A model generated the notes under the pieces. It made no database searches and was not told the origin of the DNA. It saw only the letters and a program-made list of their open reading frames with translations. Position numbers and translations under genes: made by a program. Of a DNA stretch of 64,000 nt, positions 1 through 12,130 are shown piece after piece. The stretch comes from Cycas panzhihuaensis (Eukaryota > Plantae > Cycadophyta): NCBI GenBank assembly GCA_023213395.1, contig CM041465.1, positions 141,987,741 through 142,051,740 of the forward strand, read 5' to 3'. The first letter of the stretch is position 1. Every line of letters begins with the position of its first letter.

Positions 1-7
1 AACATAA

Positions 8-429
8 TGTTGTCACTAAAGGGTCAAATGGACCCTCGTGCATTTTTGCTCATATGAGAGCCAAAAGGACATATGTCCTACATGCAAGGCATGTATCTTG
101 GATGTTTGACACTTATCAAACATCCAAGACCTTAGGTCTCTCATCTCACTCTATATAATGAGACCTCTCCTGATTGTCTCATAAGAGAGTTGGAGCTGTA
201 TTATTATGCTGTCATTTTACTAATTAAATTGTTTATTCTTTTAGAGGTTGGACCAATTCCAACTCCACACATTTGGTATCATTTCTCTTGCTCCTTCATT
301 TTATGCTTTGTCTCTTATGCTTTATTTCATCTTGAAGAGTATTATACTTGTTAAGTATTTGTGCTTCTAGAACTAGAGTGATCCTAGCTTCTAGATCTTG
401 GGACTGTGAGTCCATTATGCCTCTTTTCA
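8..429 (+). mobile_element. Probable solo LTR inserted in the G1 integrase
   Basis: Starts TGTTG at 8 and ends TTTTCA at 429. Flanks CATAA (3-7) and CAGAA (430-434) match 4/5. TATA-like CTATATAT at ~150. Gypsy integrase homology resumes at ~435. Confidence 0.55.
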
Positions 430-434
430 CAGAA

Positions 435-649
435 TATTATACCCTTGCCTTTTGATTTAGGCTTCCCTATTATGAAGTACATTAAGATCTCTTCTCATTT
501 CTATTATGATACATATAATGGTTGGAGTAATCAAGGATTCTTTACATTTTCACTTCTATTTCTTTGATAGATGCCATATTATAAAATGAACTTGTGGACA
601 TCTTCTTTCATTCTTTTCCAAAATTTTTTTTTTTTAAATTTGATAGTAT
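435..649 (-). pseudogene. G1 integrase fragment (zinc finger C-terminal half and start of core)
   Basis: Minus-strand translation resembles KKDVHKFIL*YGIYQRNRSENVKNP*LLQPL...*EEILMYFIIGKPKSKGK, matching the gypsy C-x2-C...GLLQPL...W..ISMDFI.GLP motif. Confidence 0.8.
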
Positions 650-1012
650 TATTGAGGTTAATGTCCCTTACTTAACTCCCACCTTAAGAACATATGAGTG
701 CACACACCCTCATGGTAAGTTAAGGTGAGATTATTTTATTATACATTGTTATTATTTTAATGTTAAGTCATTACTTTATATTACTTTAAATTTGGAGGTT
801 GAGGAGGATTCCCTCCTCCCTCCCAAGTATATATTTTATGGGGTTCAAAGCCTTGGTATTCTTCAACACCACCTTCATCAAAGGAATTTATATGTATTAT
901 CTTTAAAGATGTTTTAATACAATGATGTTTACAATGTATACTATTAATATGGCTTGAATGTTACTTTGATTTGTATGTTCATATACTCTGCTTTATTCTC
1001 CATACTCTAATA
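650..1012 (+). repeat. Element A 5' LTR
   Basis: Direct repeat of 11578-11940. Termini have decayed to TA...TA. Followed by the PBS. Confidence 0.92.
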
Positions 1013-1921
1013 TGGTATAAGAGCATATTGTTCTTGGGCCTCCAACATTATCTTGGCAACCTTTGTGTTGATCTTAGAAACATTTATGAAATAACATCAA
1101 GACCTTGGCTACATTTGGCTTCATTACTTAGCATCAAAGCAATAGATCTTGGTTACATTTTTATTTGTAGATTTTGGACTACATCTAAGGCTAGATCTTG
1201 GTTGAGTTCATGATAGGTTTATTTTAGCATTGATATTTTATTTAACTAATTATATTTTACATTAAAACATTATACTTTTGATATATTTTTATTTTGCATA
1301 ATATAACTATGCATATAGTCTTTGTGCAACCTATGTGCTCCTTTGTTTTGACTCTTTCTATAGTTTACTTACTCTTCACTAGTTATTTAATTCTCTATAA
1401 GGCCTTTGTGTAGCATCCAGTGGTCTAACATTCTCCTCAAATGATTATACTACCTTTGCATATCCTTCCATAGTGCTTCATCCTCCATGTATGACTGTGT
1501 AGCCTCCTACACCCCTATGTGGTATTCTATGGACCCTGCATCCCCCATGGAATCTTCTTTGGCCCCTGTGTGGCCTCTTATAGATCTTACATCTCATCTT
1601 GAGCCCTCTTGTCTATGTTTGACTCTCTATTAGGGCTACATCCTCTGCATGATGCCCTACATATTTGTGTCTCTCCCTCTATCTGGTCTCTCTTACCCAT
1701 TGTCATCCTGACCCTTGTGTAGTCTTTGTCATCATTCCTGATGGCTCTGTGGATCTCATCTGTAAGCATGGCATCCTCATTCCCTGAGAAAGTGTAAGCA
1801 TAAGCTATAGTAAGCATAGATCACCACCACTGTTTATATTTTTTTAATCTTTTTTTATTCATTAAAAAAAAAAAACATCCTTTTTTAAAGTTAGATCTCT
1901 ACGTCCCCCCCCCCTCCCCCC

Positions 1922-2305
1922 CGTGAAAATAATAAGATCTAAATATGTATACCCTAATTCAAGTATAATGAGCAAAATATTAATAAATATTCAACAAAAC
2001 AAGCAAATAAGTAACAAATATGAGCATGTAAAGGTACATGTGAATTCACCACATTGTAGGCTCTCTGTCGGGCAGAGCTTCTGCATTAACCAGAATCCAA
2101 TGTAAAGTACAAAGGTGTAGAGCAATATTTATAGCCATTAACCAAGATTACAAGGCATTGGGATAGGTAAATTTAATGGCACAAGAGGTGGACTTGACCT
2201 CACTATCCAATGTGATTTAATTACTTAAAAGGGTCCTTTTGTATAATATATATATTAGCATATAAATGTGTGAAGAAATAAAGGAGATATTAGAAAGTTT
2301 TAACA
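1922..2305 (-). repeat. Element B 3' LTR
   Basis: Direct repeat of 8537-8909 with a short indel near 2000; adjacent to the PPT. Confidence 0.93.
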
Positions 2306-2315
2306 CCCTCCCTTA

Positions 2316-5300
2316 ATAGCAACTTCATTTCTTCAGATATCAAGGTCAAATCTAAACCATTTCAACTTCAGTTTATCAAGTGCTTTAGTGAAGATGTCTG
2401 CAACCAGATCTTCAATAGGATGGTAAACGAGATCAACTTCTCCATTTTAGACATGCTCACAGATGAAGTAATGATGGAACTTAATGTGCTTGGTTCTAGC
2501 ATGGAATACATGATTCTTGATCATCTTCAACACACTTTGATTATCATAGTATAAGATGGTTGGTGAAGTCTACTAAAGTCCAAGCTTAATGAGAATCCTT
2601 TTGATCTAAAGTAACTCGGTTGTAGTATGGATAACTACTTTATATTCTACTTCAATGGAGGAAAGGGCAAACGTAGGTTACTTTTTATAGCTTTACGAGA
2701 TTACAACTGAGTTCATATCAAAACAATAGCCTAAAGTTGAATGACATGTATCTTGGAAACCAGCCCAATCAACATCTATATGTCCCTTTAGAGTAGGTGA
2801 TTCAATCTTATTATATTCAAGGACAAACTGATGAGTGCCATGAATATATTTAAGGATCCTGGTGACTGCTTTCTAATGATATGCTTTGGGCTGTGACATA
2901 TACCTAGAGCAGATCCATATTGCATATGATATGTTTGGGCAAATGTGAGTGGGATAAATAAGACTCCTAACTAACTATTGATACAAAGTGAGATCAAAAG
3001 GTTTTCCTTATTCATCTAGGTTTAACTTGGTTGCTGTCTCTATAGGAATTAATGTAGGCTTGTATTCTGTCATCCTAAATCTTTCCAAAAGTTCATTGGC
3101 ATACTTGGTTTAAGTTAAGAGGATGTGTCTTGGTTCTTACCAAACTTTAATTCTAAGGAAGTAATGAAGTAAGCCAAGGTCAGCCATCTCAAAATTGCTC
3201 TTTAACTCTAATTAGAGCCAAGAAATTCCATCTGTATCATTACCAATGATAGTAAGATTGTCTACATATAGTACAATGATTATGATCAAGTCATCTCTAA
3301 CCTGAATATAGGGATTAAGGTATGAGGGTGAATGATTAAATCTATGCTAAGTGAGAAATGCATCTATATTTGCATACTAGGCACATGGTGCCTACTCGAG
3401 TCTATAAAGGGCTTTCTTGTGTCTACAAACTAAGTGTTCTTGTCCTATAACAACATAGCTTGGGGGTTGTTTCAAGAAAACCTATTCTTTGAGCTATATA
3501 TTAAGGAAAACACTCTTCACATCCATTTGGTAGATAGACCATCCAAATTGGGCTGCTAGGGACATAACCAAATGGAATGTAGTCATGTTGGCTACCGGTG
3601 TAAAGGTCTCATCATAGTCAATTCCTTCTTGTTGTTTAAAACCTCTTGCAACAAGGTAAGCTTTGTGATGCTCTATTGTACCATATGTATAAAACTTTAT
3701 ATTGTATAGCCATATATAGTCAATTGCTTTCTTCCTAGGTGGTAATTTAGTTAGCTCCCAAATGTCATTTTTTAAGATGGAATTCATCTCTTCATCTATA
3801 GTTGCTTTCTACATTTGGTCTTTAACTGCCTCCTCATACATGAAAGGCTCAGGAGTTTCGAAAACACATGCCATGAGGGAAAAATTTATAGAGTGTCTCA
3901 TCTTGGAAGACCTCTTTGTAGTTGTGGGAGGAGGAGGAGAAATCTTTAAAAGTTGTTATACCTATTTAGGAGGTGGCTAAAAGCTAGTGGCTTCCACCTA
4001 AAGGTCATTAATTCCAATGTGAGGTAAATTTATACTTACTTGAGTTGATGACAAAGAAGTTGTTAGAACTAATGATGGACCAGGAGTGTAGGAATAAGTT
4101 GGTATAGGTGGCTCCAAAGTTTTTCCAAGGGACACTTGTGTCACACCAACTTCATCTTCTACTACAATCTGACGTGAAGGAGGTGTCAATACCTATGGTC
4201 GTTTTACAAAGATTACATCCCGTGTCATGTAAGCTTGGTTACCAACCATGTCAAAGACTCTATAGGCTTTGCAACTAGGTACATAGCCAAGGAAGATACA
4301 CTTAAATCTCTTATCATCAAGTTTCTTCCTATTATCCTTTAGGATATATTTGTATGGCATGCATCTAAAGATCCTTAAGTGAGCTATAGATGGTTTCTAA
4401 CCTGACCAAGCTTCTTCAGGAGTAAGGTTCCTAATTACAATTGTAGGACTTATGTTGGTTAGGTAAGCAGCTATGGCAATGGCATCAATCCAAAATCTAG
4501 TGGCAAGGTTGGCCACACTAAGCATGGCTTTCCTTTTGTTGATCAAAGTCTGATTCATCATTTCAGTTACATCATTCTGTTGAGGTGTGTGAGGAGTAGA
4601 AAATTGACATTAGATGCCATGTTCTTTGCAAAAGTTATTGAAATGATTTAAAATATACTCAACACCATTATCAGATCTAAGGGTCTTGACTCTCATCCCA
4701 CTTTCATTTTCATTAGTAGATTTGAACTTTTTAAATTTGTCTAGGCTTGATATTTATTTCTCAAGAAGTAGACCCATACTTTTATTGAGAAGTCATCTAT
4801 GAAGATAACGAAATACCAACTACCATTGAGAGATTGGGTGGATATAGTGTTACAAATATTAGAATGTACTAACTCTAATGGTTGTGAAGCTCTCCAATTA
4901 TTCTTGGAAGGGAATTTTTCTTTTTGTTGCTTTCCCTTTAGGCATGCCTCACATATATTCTGATATCTCTTAATTTTGGGTAGGTCATAAATCATTTTGA
5001 CCCTAGACATGAGATTCAAGCTTTGCATATTCAAATGACCTAGGCATTGATGCCATAGGTGGTCTTTGGATCTATTTGTGGTCACTTCATCTTTTGAGTG
5101 GGAGAATTCTCCTAGTTAATATATGCAAAGGGACTCTTTACATTGAGTTGTGTTAGCCATTGAGAAGGATTCATGTTGAGGAGTAGTGATAAGAGCGACT
5201 CAATCTAGCCAGTATAAGCCACCATCTTCATGTACTATAGCCACAAGTTTGCCTATAACATGGTCTATAATTTTTCAAATGTTATATCTAAAGAGGACAT

Positions 5301-6934
5301 CTATGTTATGCTTATCCATTTGACTAGAAGAAAGCAGGTTCATGTTCATATCAAGTACAAGGAACACATTACTGACGTGGTGTATAATGTTAGAGTCCTT
5401 CAATGTGACTGGTGCCCTACCAATTTTGGTCACATTATAAGTTATGTTGTCCCTAAATGTGACCATTTGAGTGTTGATTGGTTGGGTCTCTTCCAACATT
5501 TTTTCAGAACCTGTCATGTGTCTTATCAAGCTGAGAGGATAATGTTATAAAAAATAGGTTATGGGAGGAGGAGTCTTGACTATCTTCCATATTACCATCT
5601 TGTTGTTGATTATATTGTTGGTTCCTTTAATTCCTATTTGATAACTATTGCCTATTTTGAGCTCTTTTACCTTGTGTGAGCCTTAGATACCAATTCTGCT
5701 TATAGAATTGGCCTTAAGGTTGATATGATGGCCCCTATTATGGGGAGAAATGGCCTCATTATTGAACTAGACCACCATGTTGACAATAAGGGCCTCCTTA
5801 TTATGGAAAGGGGGCTCCTTGAGGAGGGCATGATCCTCCTTATTGATAAAAAGCTCCTTATCTTTGTTGATTATAACTAGGGCCTCCTTGATGGTATGAA
5901 GGTGCTCCTTATTGATAGATGGTGGGTGGTTGTTGATAGACTGGCCCATATGCTTGGATCCCTTAGTTTTTCAAGAGTTGTAAATTAGCTTGTCTTTTCC
6001 TACATTCAACACCTAGGTATCCAAATTTTCCATAGTAGAGATAGGTTACATTTTATTTACCTTGCTCATTCTTTTGAAACTTTCCTTATAGTTGATGCTA
6101 TAATTATTAAAGTTGCTGATTTATATAGGAGGAGGAGGAGGTGCCAACAAGATGCTACTGAGATGGATATTGATGTAACTATTGTGATATACAGAGAGAG
6201 TCCAAGAGTTGAACTAGGTCTTATTGTTGACTAAGCTATTAGGTTGCTCTATTAACAGTATTATCCTTTTCCAAGTTTCAGGTTGTAAAGGTAGGAGCTA
6301 AGTCAGATGTCGATGTTACCCCTAGTTGATTGAGAATATTTTCCTCTCGAAGCAAGAGCCCCTTAAAGGTTATGAAGTCTATCTTAGAGTAGTTATCATG
6401 TAACTTAGAGACAAATGAGTTGTATTTAATAGGTAAAATATTTATAATGCTTGAGATTAGATCATGGTCAGAAGGTGGCTCACCAAGGATAGTTAATTGG
6501 TTTCTAATGGTTTTGACTTCAATCAAATGATTTGTAATGTTTCTAGCAAAATGCATGGTAAATAGGTAAGACTTAAGGGTAAGAGACCTAGATTCATCCT
6601 TCCTCTCATAGAGTGAATAAAGTATGGTCTAAGCTTCATTTAAGCATTATGTTATTTTAATGTTTTGATCCACTTGGTCTTCAACCGCCAAGTGGAGGAA
6701 GGATAATGGTATGTTATCCTTAGCTTTAAAGTTGGCTAAGGTTATAAGATTAGGTGGAATAGTTTTAATGGGATCATTAGGATCTTGGGTGGGCTTAGGC
6801 ATAGGTATGTCCCCATTGATGTAGGCTAAATATTTATTCATGATAAGCAAGCTTTTGACTTGCTTTTTCTAAGATATAAAATTATTAATGCCATGGAGTT
6901 TGATGTTATTGGAAAGAAGCATTTATAATGCCAT
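2316..6934 (-). pseudogene. Element B gag-pol (gag, protease, GAG-pre-integrase, integrase, RT, RNase H) with many stops
   Basis: ORF fragments 6647-6850 and 6278-6556 (gag), 5275-5529 (protease, RHMTG), 4741-5085 (WHQCLGH...CEAC...LELVHS...FIDDFS), 3494-3787 (RT, LVARGFKQQEGIDYDETF...QMDVKSVFLN). RNase H tail RTKHIK...VADIFTKAL near 2390-2500. Integrase-before-RT order is copia. Confidence 0.95.
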
Positions 6935-8536
6935 GTTTAAAAGGTTTTTTGCATTTGATGTTTTTAAAGTTTTTTTTTTATGTGATGAGGTACTAATCTA
7001 CCTAAATGGATTCTAATATAAGATTCTAAGGTAACATGTCTCTAGGAAAGTTCCCGGTTACTATCTTGTCTAATGGTACCTTCCCATAAGTGGTAACTAG
7101 GGAGTCAATATACTAGTACGTGAGTTGAAGGGCTTGATATACCTTAACACATGGGCTACTAAGAAGGTCCTAAGACCCCCTTGATTTATTTTCCCACCTT
7201 CATCAGTTTTATGTCAAATGACAGATCTAATAATGAGAAATTACTAACCAAGGCACTCACCCCCTAGGTCTAGCCTCATCTCTAAACTCTAAAAGATAGG
7301 GCCTCCTCCTTAGCCTTCCACCTATTACACCTTATAGCCAATGATGTTCCTTATCTAATATGAGTAGGCCAAGGGCATGTGCATGGTGGTAACTTTAGGG
7401 GTCTTAACCATTCCTCTTATAAGGCTAGAAATGAGGGTTCAATTTGGGAGTTATCTTTTTTAATGTGAAAATTTTAGTTTTTTGAAGTGAGTTTCTTACA
7501 CAAAAGAGGTTCTTTTTTAAATAATAAATGAAATGAAAAGGAAATAAAGTAAATTAGAATGACAAGGGTAGGTTTAGAATGTTCTTGATGGGCTAATATT
7601 TGAGAGTTAACTTCTTCAACCTTCTAAGAGTAACACCTACATATGAAACATCACCAAGTACTTATTAGCCTTAAAAATTAGAATTCAATAGCTAAAAATG
7701 ATAAGCCACAACCTAATCTAGCAAAAGAACCTCAAGAAAACTAAAAACTACCTTCAAATATTAAAAAATAAAGCTCAAATAACTTGAATATAAAGGTAAA
7801 ATTGAGTAGCAATTATCTCTCTCAAATCAACTCCAAATCTAGTTAAATTTGATTTTAAACTATAGATCTCTGAATTAGATTTTCAATGCTTTAAACAGTT
7901 TATAAATTAGATAAAAGATTGTAGATATATCACAGAAATAACACAAACACCTTTTTTGAAGTTTATGTGACCTACGCACAAAAATGACAAACTAAAGCAG
8001 GAATGCAGAATTCTAACAAAGGATCAAATAGACTTGGAATAAGATGAAATTTTAGGAAAATAGACATAATGATGATAGGTATCCAGTAGAATTAGAAATT
8101 TTGAGAAAGAAGCTTGTATTGAGGAGAATAAATCTGTGGAAGTCTAGGGTTCTTTATAGACCATATAATGAAGAATAAAGCCAAAAATAACCACAAAAAT
8201 CTAGAAAACTCCTCTATTAGGCATTAGAAATGGGTGTGAGGCTACTACAAAACCTAGTGATGCTCCAACAAGTAAAAATCATGAGTAATATAGTTGCAAT
8301 AAGCAAACAATATGATTTTTCACATGTTTTTTAACAAAACTAAGTAAAACCCTAAATGGATACAAACAAGCTTCAAAATCTACTGTGGGAGGCTAAACTC
8401 TCTCACAACTAGCTGTGTATGAGCTCTAACACAACATACAACCTTAGGTTTACTAAAGAAAATAAAGGAAATAGAGTAAAATCAACTGAAATTAGCAAAA
8501 TACTTTTAAATTAAGCATATACAAGCTTTGATACCA

Positions 8537-8909
8537 TGTGAGAATAATAGGATCTAAATATGTGTACCCTGATTCAAGTATAATGAGCAAAATATTGATA
8601 AATATTCAACAAAACAAACAAATATGAGTATGCAAAGGTACAAGTGAATTCACCACACCGTAAGCTCTCTCTCGGGCAGAGCTTCCACATTAATCAGAAT
8701 CTAATATGAAGTACAAATGTGCAGGATAATACTTATAGCCATCTTCTAAGATTACAAGATATTAGGATATGCCAACTTAACATCACAAGAGGTGGACCTG
8801 ACCTCACTATCCAATGTGATTTAATTACATAAAAGGGTCCTTTTATGTAATATATACATTAGCATATAAAGGTGTGAAGAAATGAAGGAGATATTAGAAA
8901 GTTTTAACA
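8537..8909 (-). repeat. Element B 5' LTR
   Basis: TG...CA termini; adjacent to the PBS at 8525-8536. Confidence 0.93.
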
Positions 8910-9393
8910 CCCCCTCCGTGGATCTATGGATATATTTTGATCTAATTTTTGATAAAAAATCAGAGAAATCTCACATATTTTTCTAGCAAATTCTTGATTC
9001 ATTCTTTGCCTATTATCATTCAAGCATATTCATTAAAAAAACTTTATTTTTTCAAGGTTTATTAAAAATTTAATTAGATTTAATTCTGGTTTCAAATTTA
9101 AACATGTGCCTTTGCTCTAACCCTCCTTTCAAATTTATCCCCCAGTCATATTCAACCTTATATGATTGTGCTTTTTACCCTTTAGGGGCAGAACTCAAAA
9201 AAATATAAGTTACTTTGTATATGTTTTATTTTTTCAAAAATCATTTTCTATATTCTATATAATTTGGAATTTGGAGCATCCTTGGGCCTCCAGTAGTCAA
9301 TTTTGTGGGACTCCACATGACTAAAGGGCTTATTAGCTAAGGGGCTAAAAGCCAACCTCATTTTTTTTTTTTTGACTTAAGGGTACTATTCAC

Positions 9394-9527
9394 ATTTTAC
9401 ATAATATCTTTGCACTGGGAGGTCAGATTCTTAAACTACTTAATTTGTTGGACTCTTGAATTAATTTTACATAATATCTTTACACTGGGAGGTCAGATTC
9501 TTAAACTGCTTAATTTGTTGGACTCTT
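9394..9527. repeat. Tandem duplication, 70-bp period, two copies, inside element A
   Basis: TTTTACATAATATCTTT(G/A)CACTGGGAGGTCAGATTCTTAAACT(A/G)CTTAATTTGTTGGACTCTT occurs twice. Confidence 0.9.
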
Positions 9528-10871
9528 AACTGATCTAGTCAAAGTTGACCATATTTTATACCTCTTAATTCATTAGCCGTAAAAGGGTCCTTATACAATT
9601 TCTCTAATAACTTGGGTTCTTTAGCTCCGTTTTTCAAATCATCAGAACTATTAGAAAGAATTTTTAGCATTCTACGTGTCATAATACGTTTCATTGCATT
9701 CTAGTTTTGTTTTATAAATCTTTAAAGGCATTGAATTTGAGCATCTATTTTAGTCTTAATTAGACACATTCTTTGACACTTTGAGCTAAATTTCTCATTC
9801 TAACTAAATATATTTGATCATTATCTACATACTAATTGATTATTGATAATATTTACTTAGTTTTATAAGCTTACAAGTTATTTTTTAGCTCTTTAGTATC
9901 TATTTTGTCTTATTAAGGATTAGGAGCCCTATTTAAATCAAAATGATAAATTGGTACTCATTACAATTACTATTCTCTTTATTTAACATTTACATTTGAA
10001 TTTAAAATGATTTATTTAAGTATTTTTACCTATTTAAGGCCTGTTATCACTTCTAAAACTTTAATATTGTACCTAATTTGCATATAAATTTATAAAAGAT
10101 CATCTCTTTATTTTATCTACATTGTTTCAAGAAAAATTACTAGAAATTCTATATATCTTAAGGTTGTTGGTTCACTAATTAAAGAAGCATTCTTATTTGT
10201 CTTAAAGCCACTATATTTTTGAAGATTAATAAGTGTATTTTAGTGCATAGTCATAAGCCATTTATAGTTCCTTTAGGCTTTTGAGGTTCATCTCATATTA
10301 AGCATTTCATTATATTTACATTTATGCTTCATAGTTCATCTCTTTAAAGCCTCATATATTTGACATTACTTGAAGAGACTTTAAGTTGAACATTGATCAT
10401 TATTTCAAAGTCTAGTGCTTTGTATTTGAATATTGAAAGTTTTATACTTTTGGCTCATAATTTTAGTTCCTTATTAATTCATTTGAATCTTATGGTAAAT
10501 GTGCATTTAGTTTCATTTTAACAAAGGTTGTTTATATTATTTTTTAAGGAGCACACATTCATGACTATTTGCATGTTGTCTTTGATTTGAAAGGCTCATT
10601 TGATGGTTATTTACTCTTAATAAGATTTTGAAATTAAAGGATCAATTTTACTTATTTTCAAAAAGTATTTCAAAGTTGCATTTGGTTATTTGAAGACACA
10701 TTAGCCTATTTTGAAGTCTTATAAAAATTACTTTGTAAATAGCATTCATTAAATCTAATTTGAAAGGATTATTTATCATTTATTTGTCTCATTGTTTAAG
10801 GAGATATGCCTCTTTTTTGTTGCTCATTTCAAGATTGATTTATCATTAAAGGTTATGATTTATTGGTTACA

Positions 10872-11561
10872 ATGATACTAAATGAAGATAACTTAAGCTT
10901 TCCCATATTTGATGAGACTAACTTTTACATTTAGAAATATATTTTAGAAACCCATCTCATTGCAAATAATTTATGACATTATATAAGTGATGGTTATATT
11001 GAGAATGGACCTAATTTTAGAGAAAACTTGAAAAATGATAATGAAGTCTTAGCTCTAATATTTTCTACACTAAATGATGATGTATTCACTAGTGTTGATG
11101 GTTTAACCACATCAAAACTAGTTTGGTATTCCCTAGACTCATTTTATGAGGGAAAATGTTTATATTTAAATAAATTAGACTATATTAATGATGTATTTTT
11201 TGTGAGATAAATGATAGATTAGGTGTTTGTTGATGGAAAGTCTAATGTTACATATAATATTAAAGATTACATTGAGACTAATGATCATATTGTTACATTT
11301 GAGACTATATATACATTTGATCTAATTAACTTTTCTCAAAAGGACAAAGTTAAAGTTGAAGATAATTCTATTCATTTGAAGCAAGTTATATCTATACTTG
11401 AACCATATTTTATTAAAGACCATATGAAAAGGATAATGATGCAAGCTATAGACCATTTCAAAGATGATGAAGCCAAAGGACATATGTACAATCACCTTGT
11501 CAAAGTATACCTAAAGTACTTATACCACACATTCAAAGAGAAACTAAAGAAGAAGCGATAA
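10872..11561 (+). pseudogene. Element A mini-ORF: copia Gag N-terminus plus a short Pol-like tail
   Basis: One frame with four internal stops: MILNEDNLSFPIFDETNFYI*KYILETHLIANNL*HYISDG...NEVLALIFSTLNDDVFTSVDGLTTSKLVW...YHTFKEKLKKKR. The N-terminus matches copia Gag (F.G.N+..W...M...L...LW; A+.LI...L.D.VF..+....T+K..W). Confidence 0.8.
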
Positions 11562-11577
11562 ACATTAAGGAGGAGAA

Positions 11578-11940
11578 TGTTGGGGTTAATGTCCCTCATT
11601 TAACTCCCACCTTAAGAACATGTGAGTACGCACATCCTCATGGTTAGTTAAGGTGAGATTATTTTATTATGTATTGTTATTATTTTAATGTTAAGTCATT
11701 ACTTTATATTATTTTGAATTTGGAGGTTGAGGAAGATTCCCTCTTCCCTCATGAGTATATATTTTATAGGTTTCAAAACCTTGGTGTTCTTCAATACCAC
11801 CTTCATCAAAGGAATTTGTATGTACTCTCTTTAAAGATGACTTAATACAATGATTTTTATAATGTGTACTATTAATATGGCTTGAATGTTACTTTAATTT
11901 GTATGTTTACTTACTCCACTCTATTCTTCATACTCTAACA
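11578..11940 (+). repeat. Element A 3' LTR
   Basis: TGTTG...TAACA, preceded by the PPT and followed by TSD AGTAT. Confidence 0.93.
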
Positions 11941-11945
11941 AGTAT

Positions 11946-12130
11946 ATCTTGTCAATTCTTATGTATCTGGCTATTGGGAAGGAATGAGCTTTGTTGTTGA
12001 TCTTACTTTTTATGACCAATGCATTCGGTATTATAATATTCCCATTTCTTAGGATCAAGTTTCCACCCAATTGATAGTTTGTTAACTTCTCTTTGTGGAT
12101 CTCTTATAGTGCCTTTTGGTAGATCAAATC
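11946..12130 (-). pseudogene. G1 integrase N-terminal fragment
   Basis: Translates ...KINNKAHSFPIARYIRIDKIY, the gypsy H-S-x-P-x-x-G-H-x-G-x-x-K-T-Y motif, and continues at 649. Confidence 0.75.

Larger units (their letters stand above)
1922..8909 (-). mobile_element. Element B: full-length degenerate Ty1/copia nested in A
   Basis: LTRs 8537-8909 (5') and 1922-2305 (3'). TSD CCCCC (1917-1921, 8910-8914). PBS reverse complement GCTTTGATACCA 8525-8536. PPT reverse complement CCCTCCCTT 2306-2314. Confidence 0.95.
650..11940 (+). mobile_element. Element A: non-autonomous copia-derived LTR element (TR-GAG-like), ~4.3 kb once B is removed
   Basis: LTRs 650-1012 and 11578-11940 (363 bp each). Perfect TSD AGTAT (645-649, 11941-11945). 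PBS TGGTATAAGAGC 1013-1024. PPT AAGGAGGAGAA 11567-11577. No RT or integrase motifs of its own. Confidence 0.92.
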
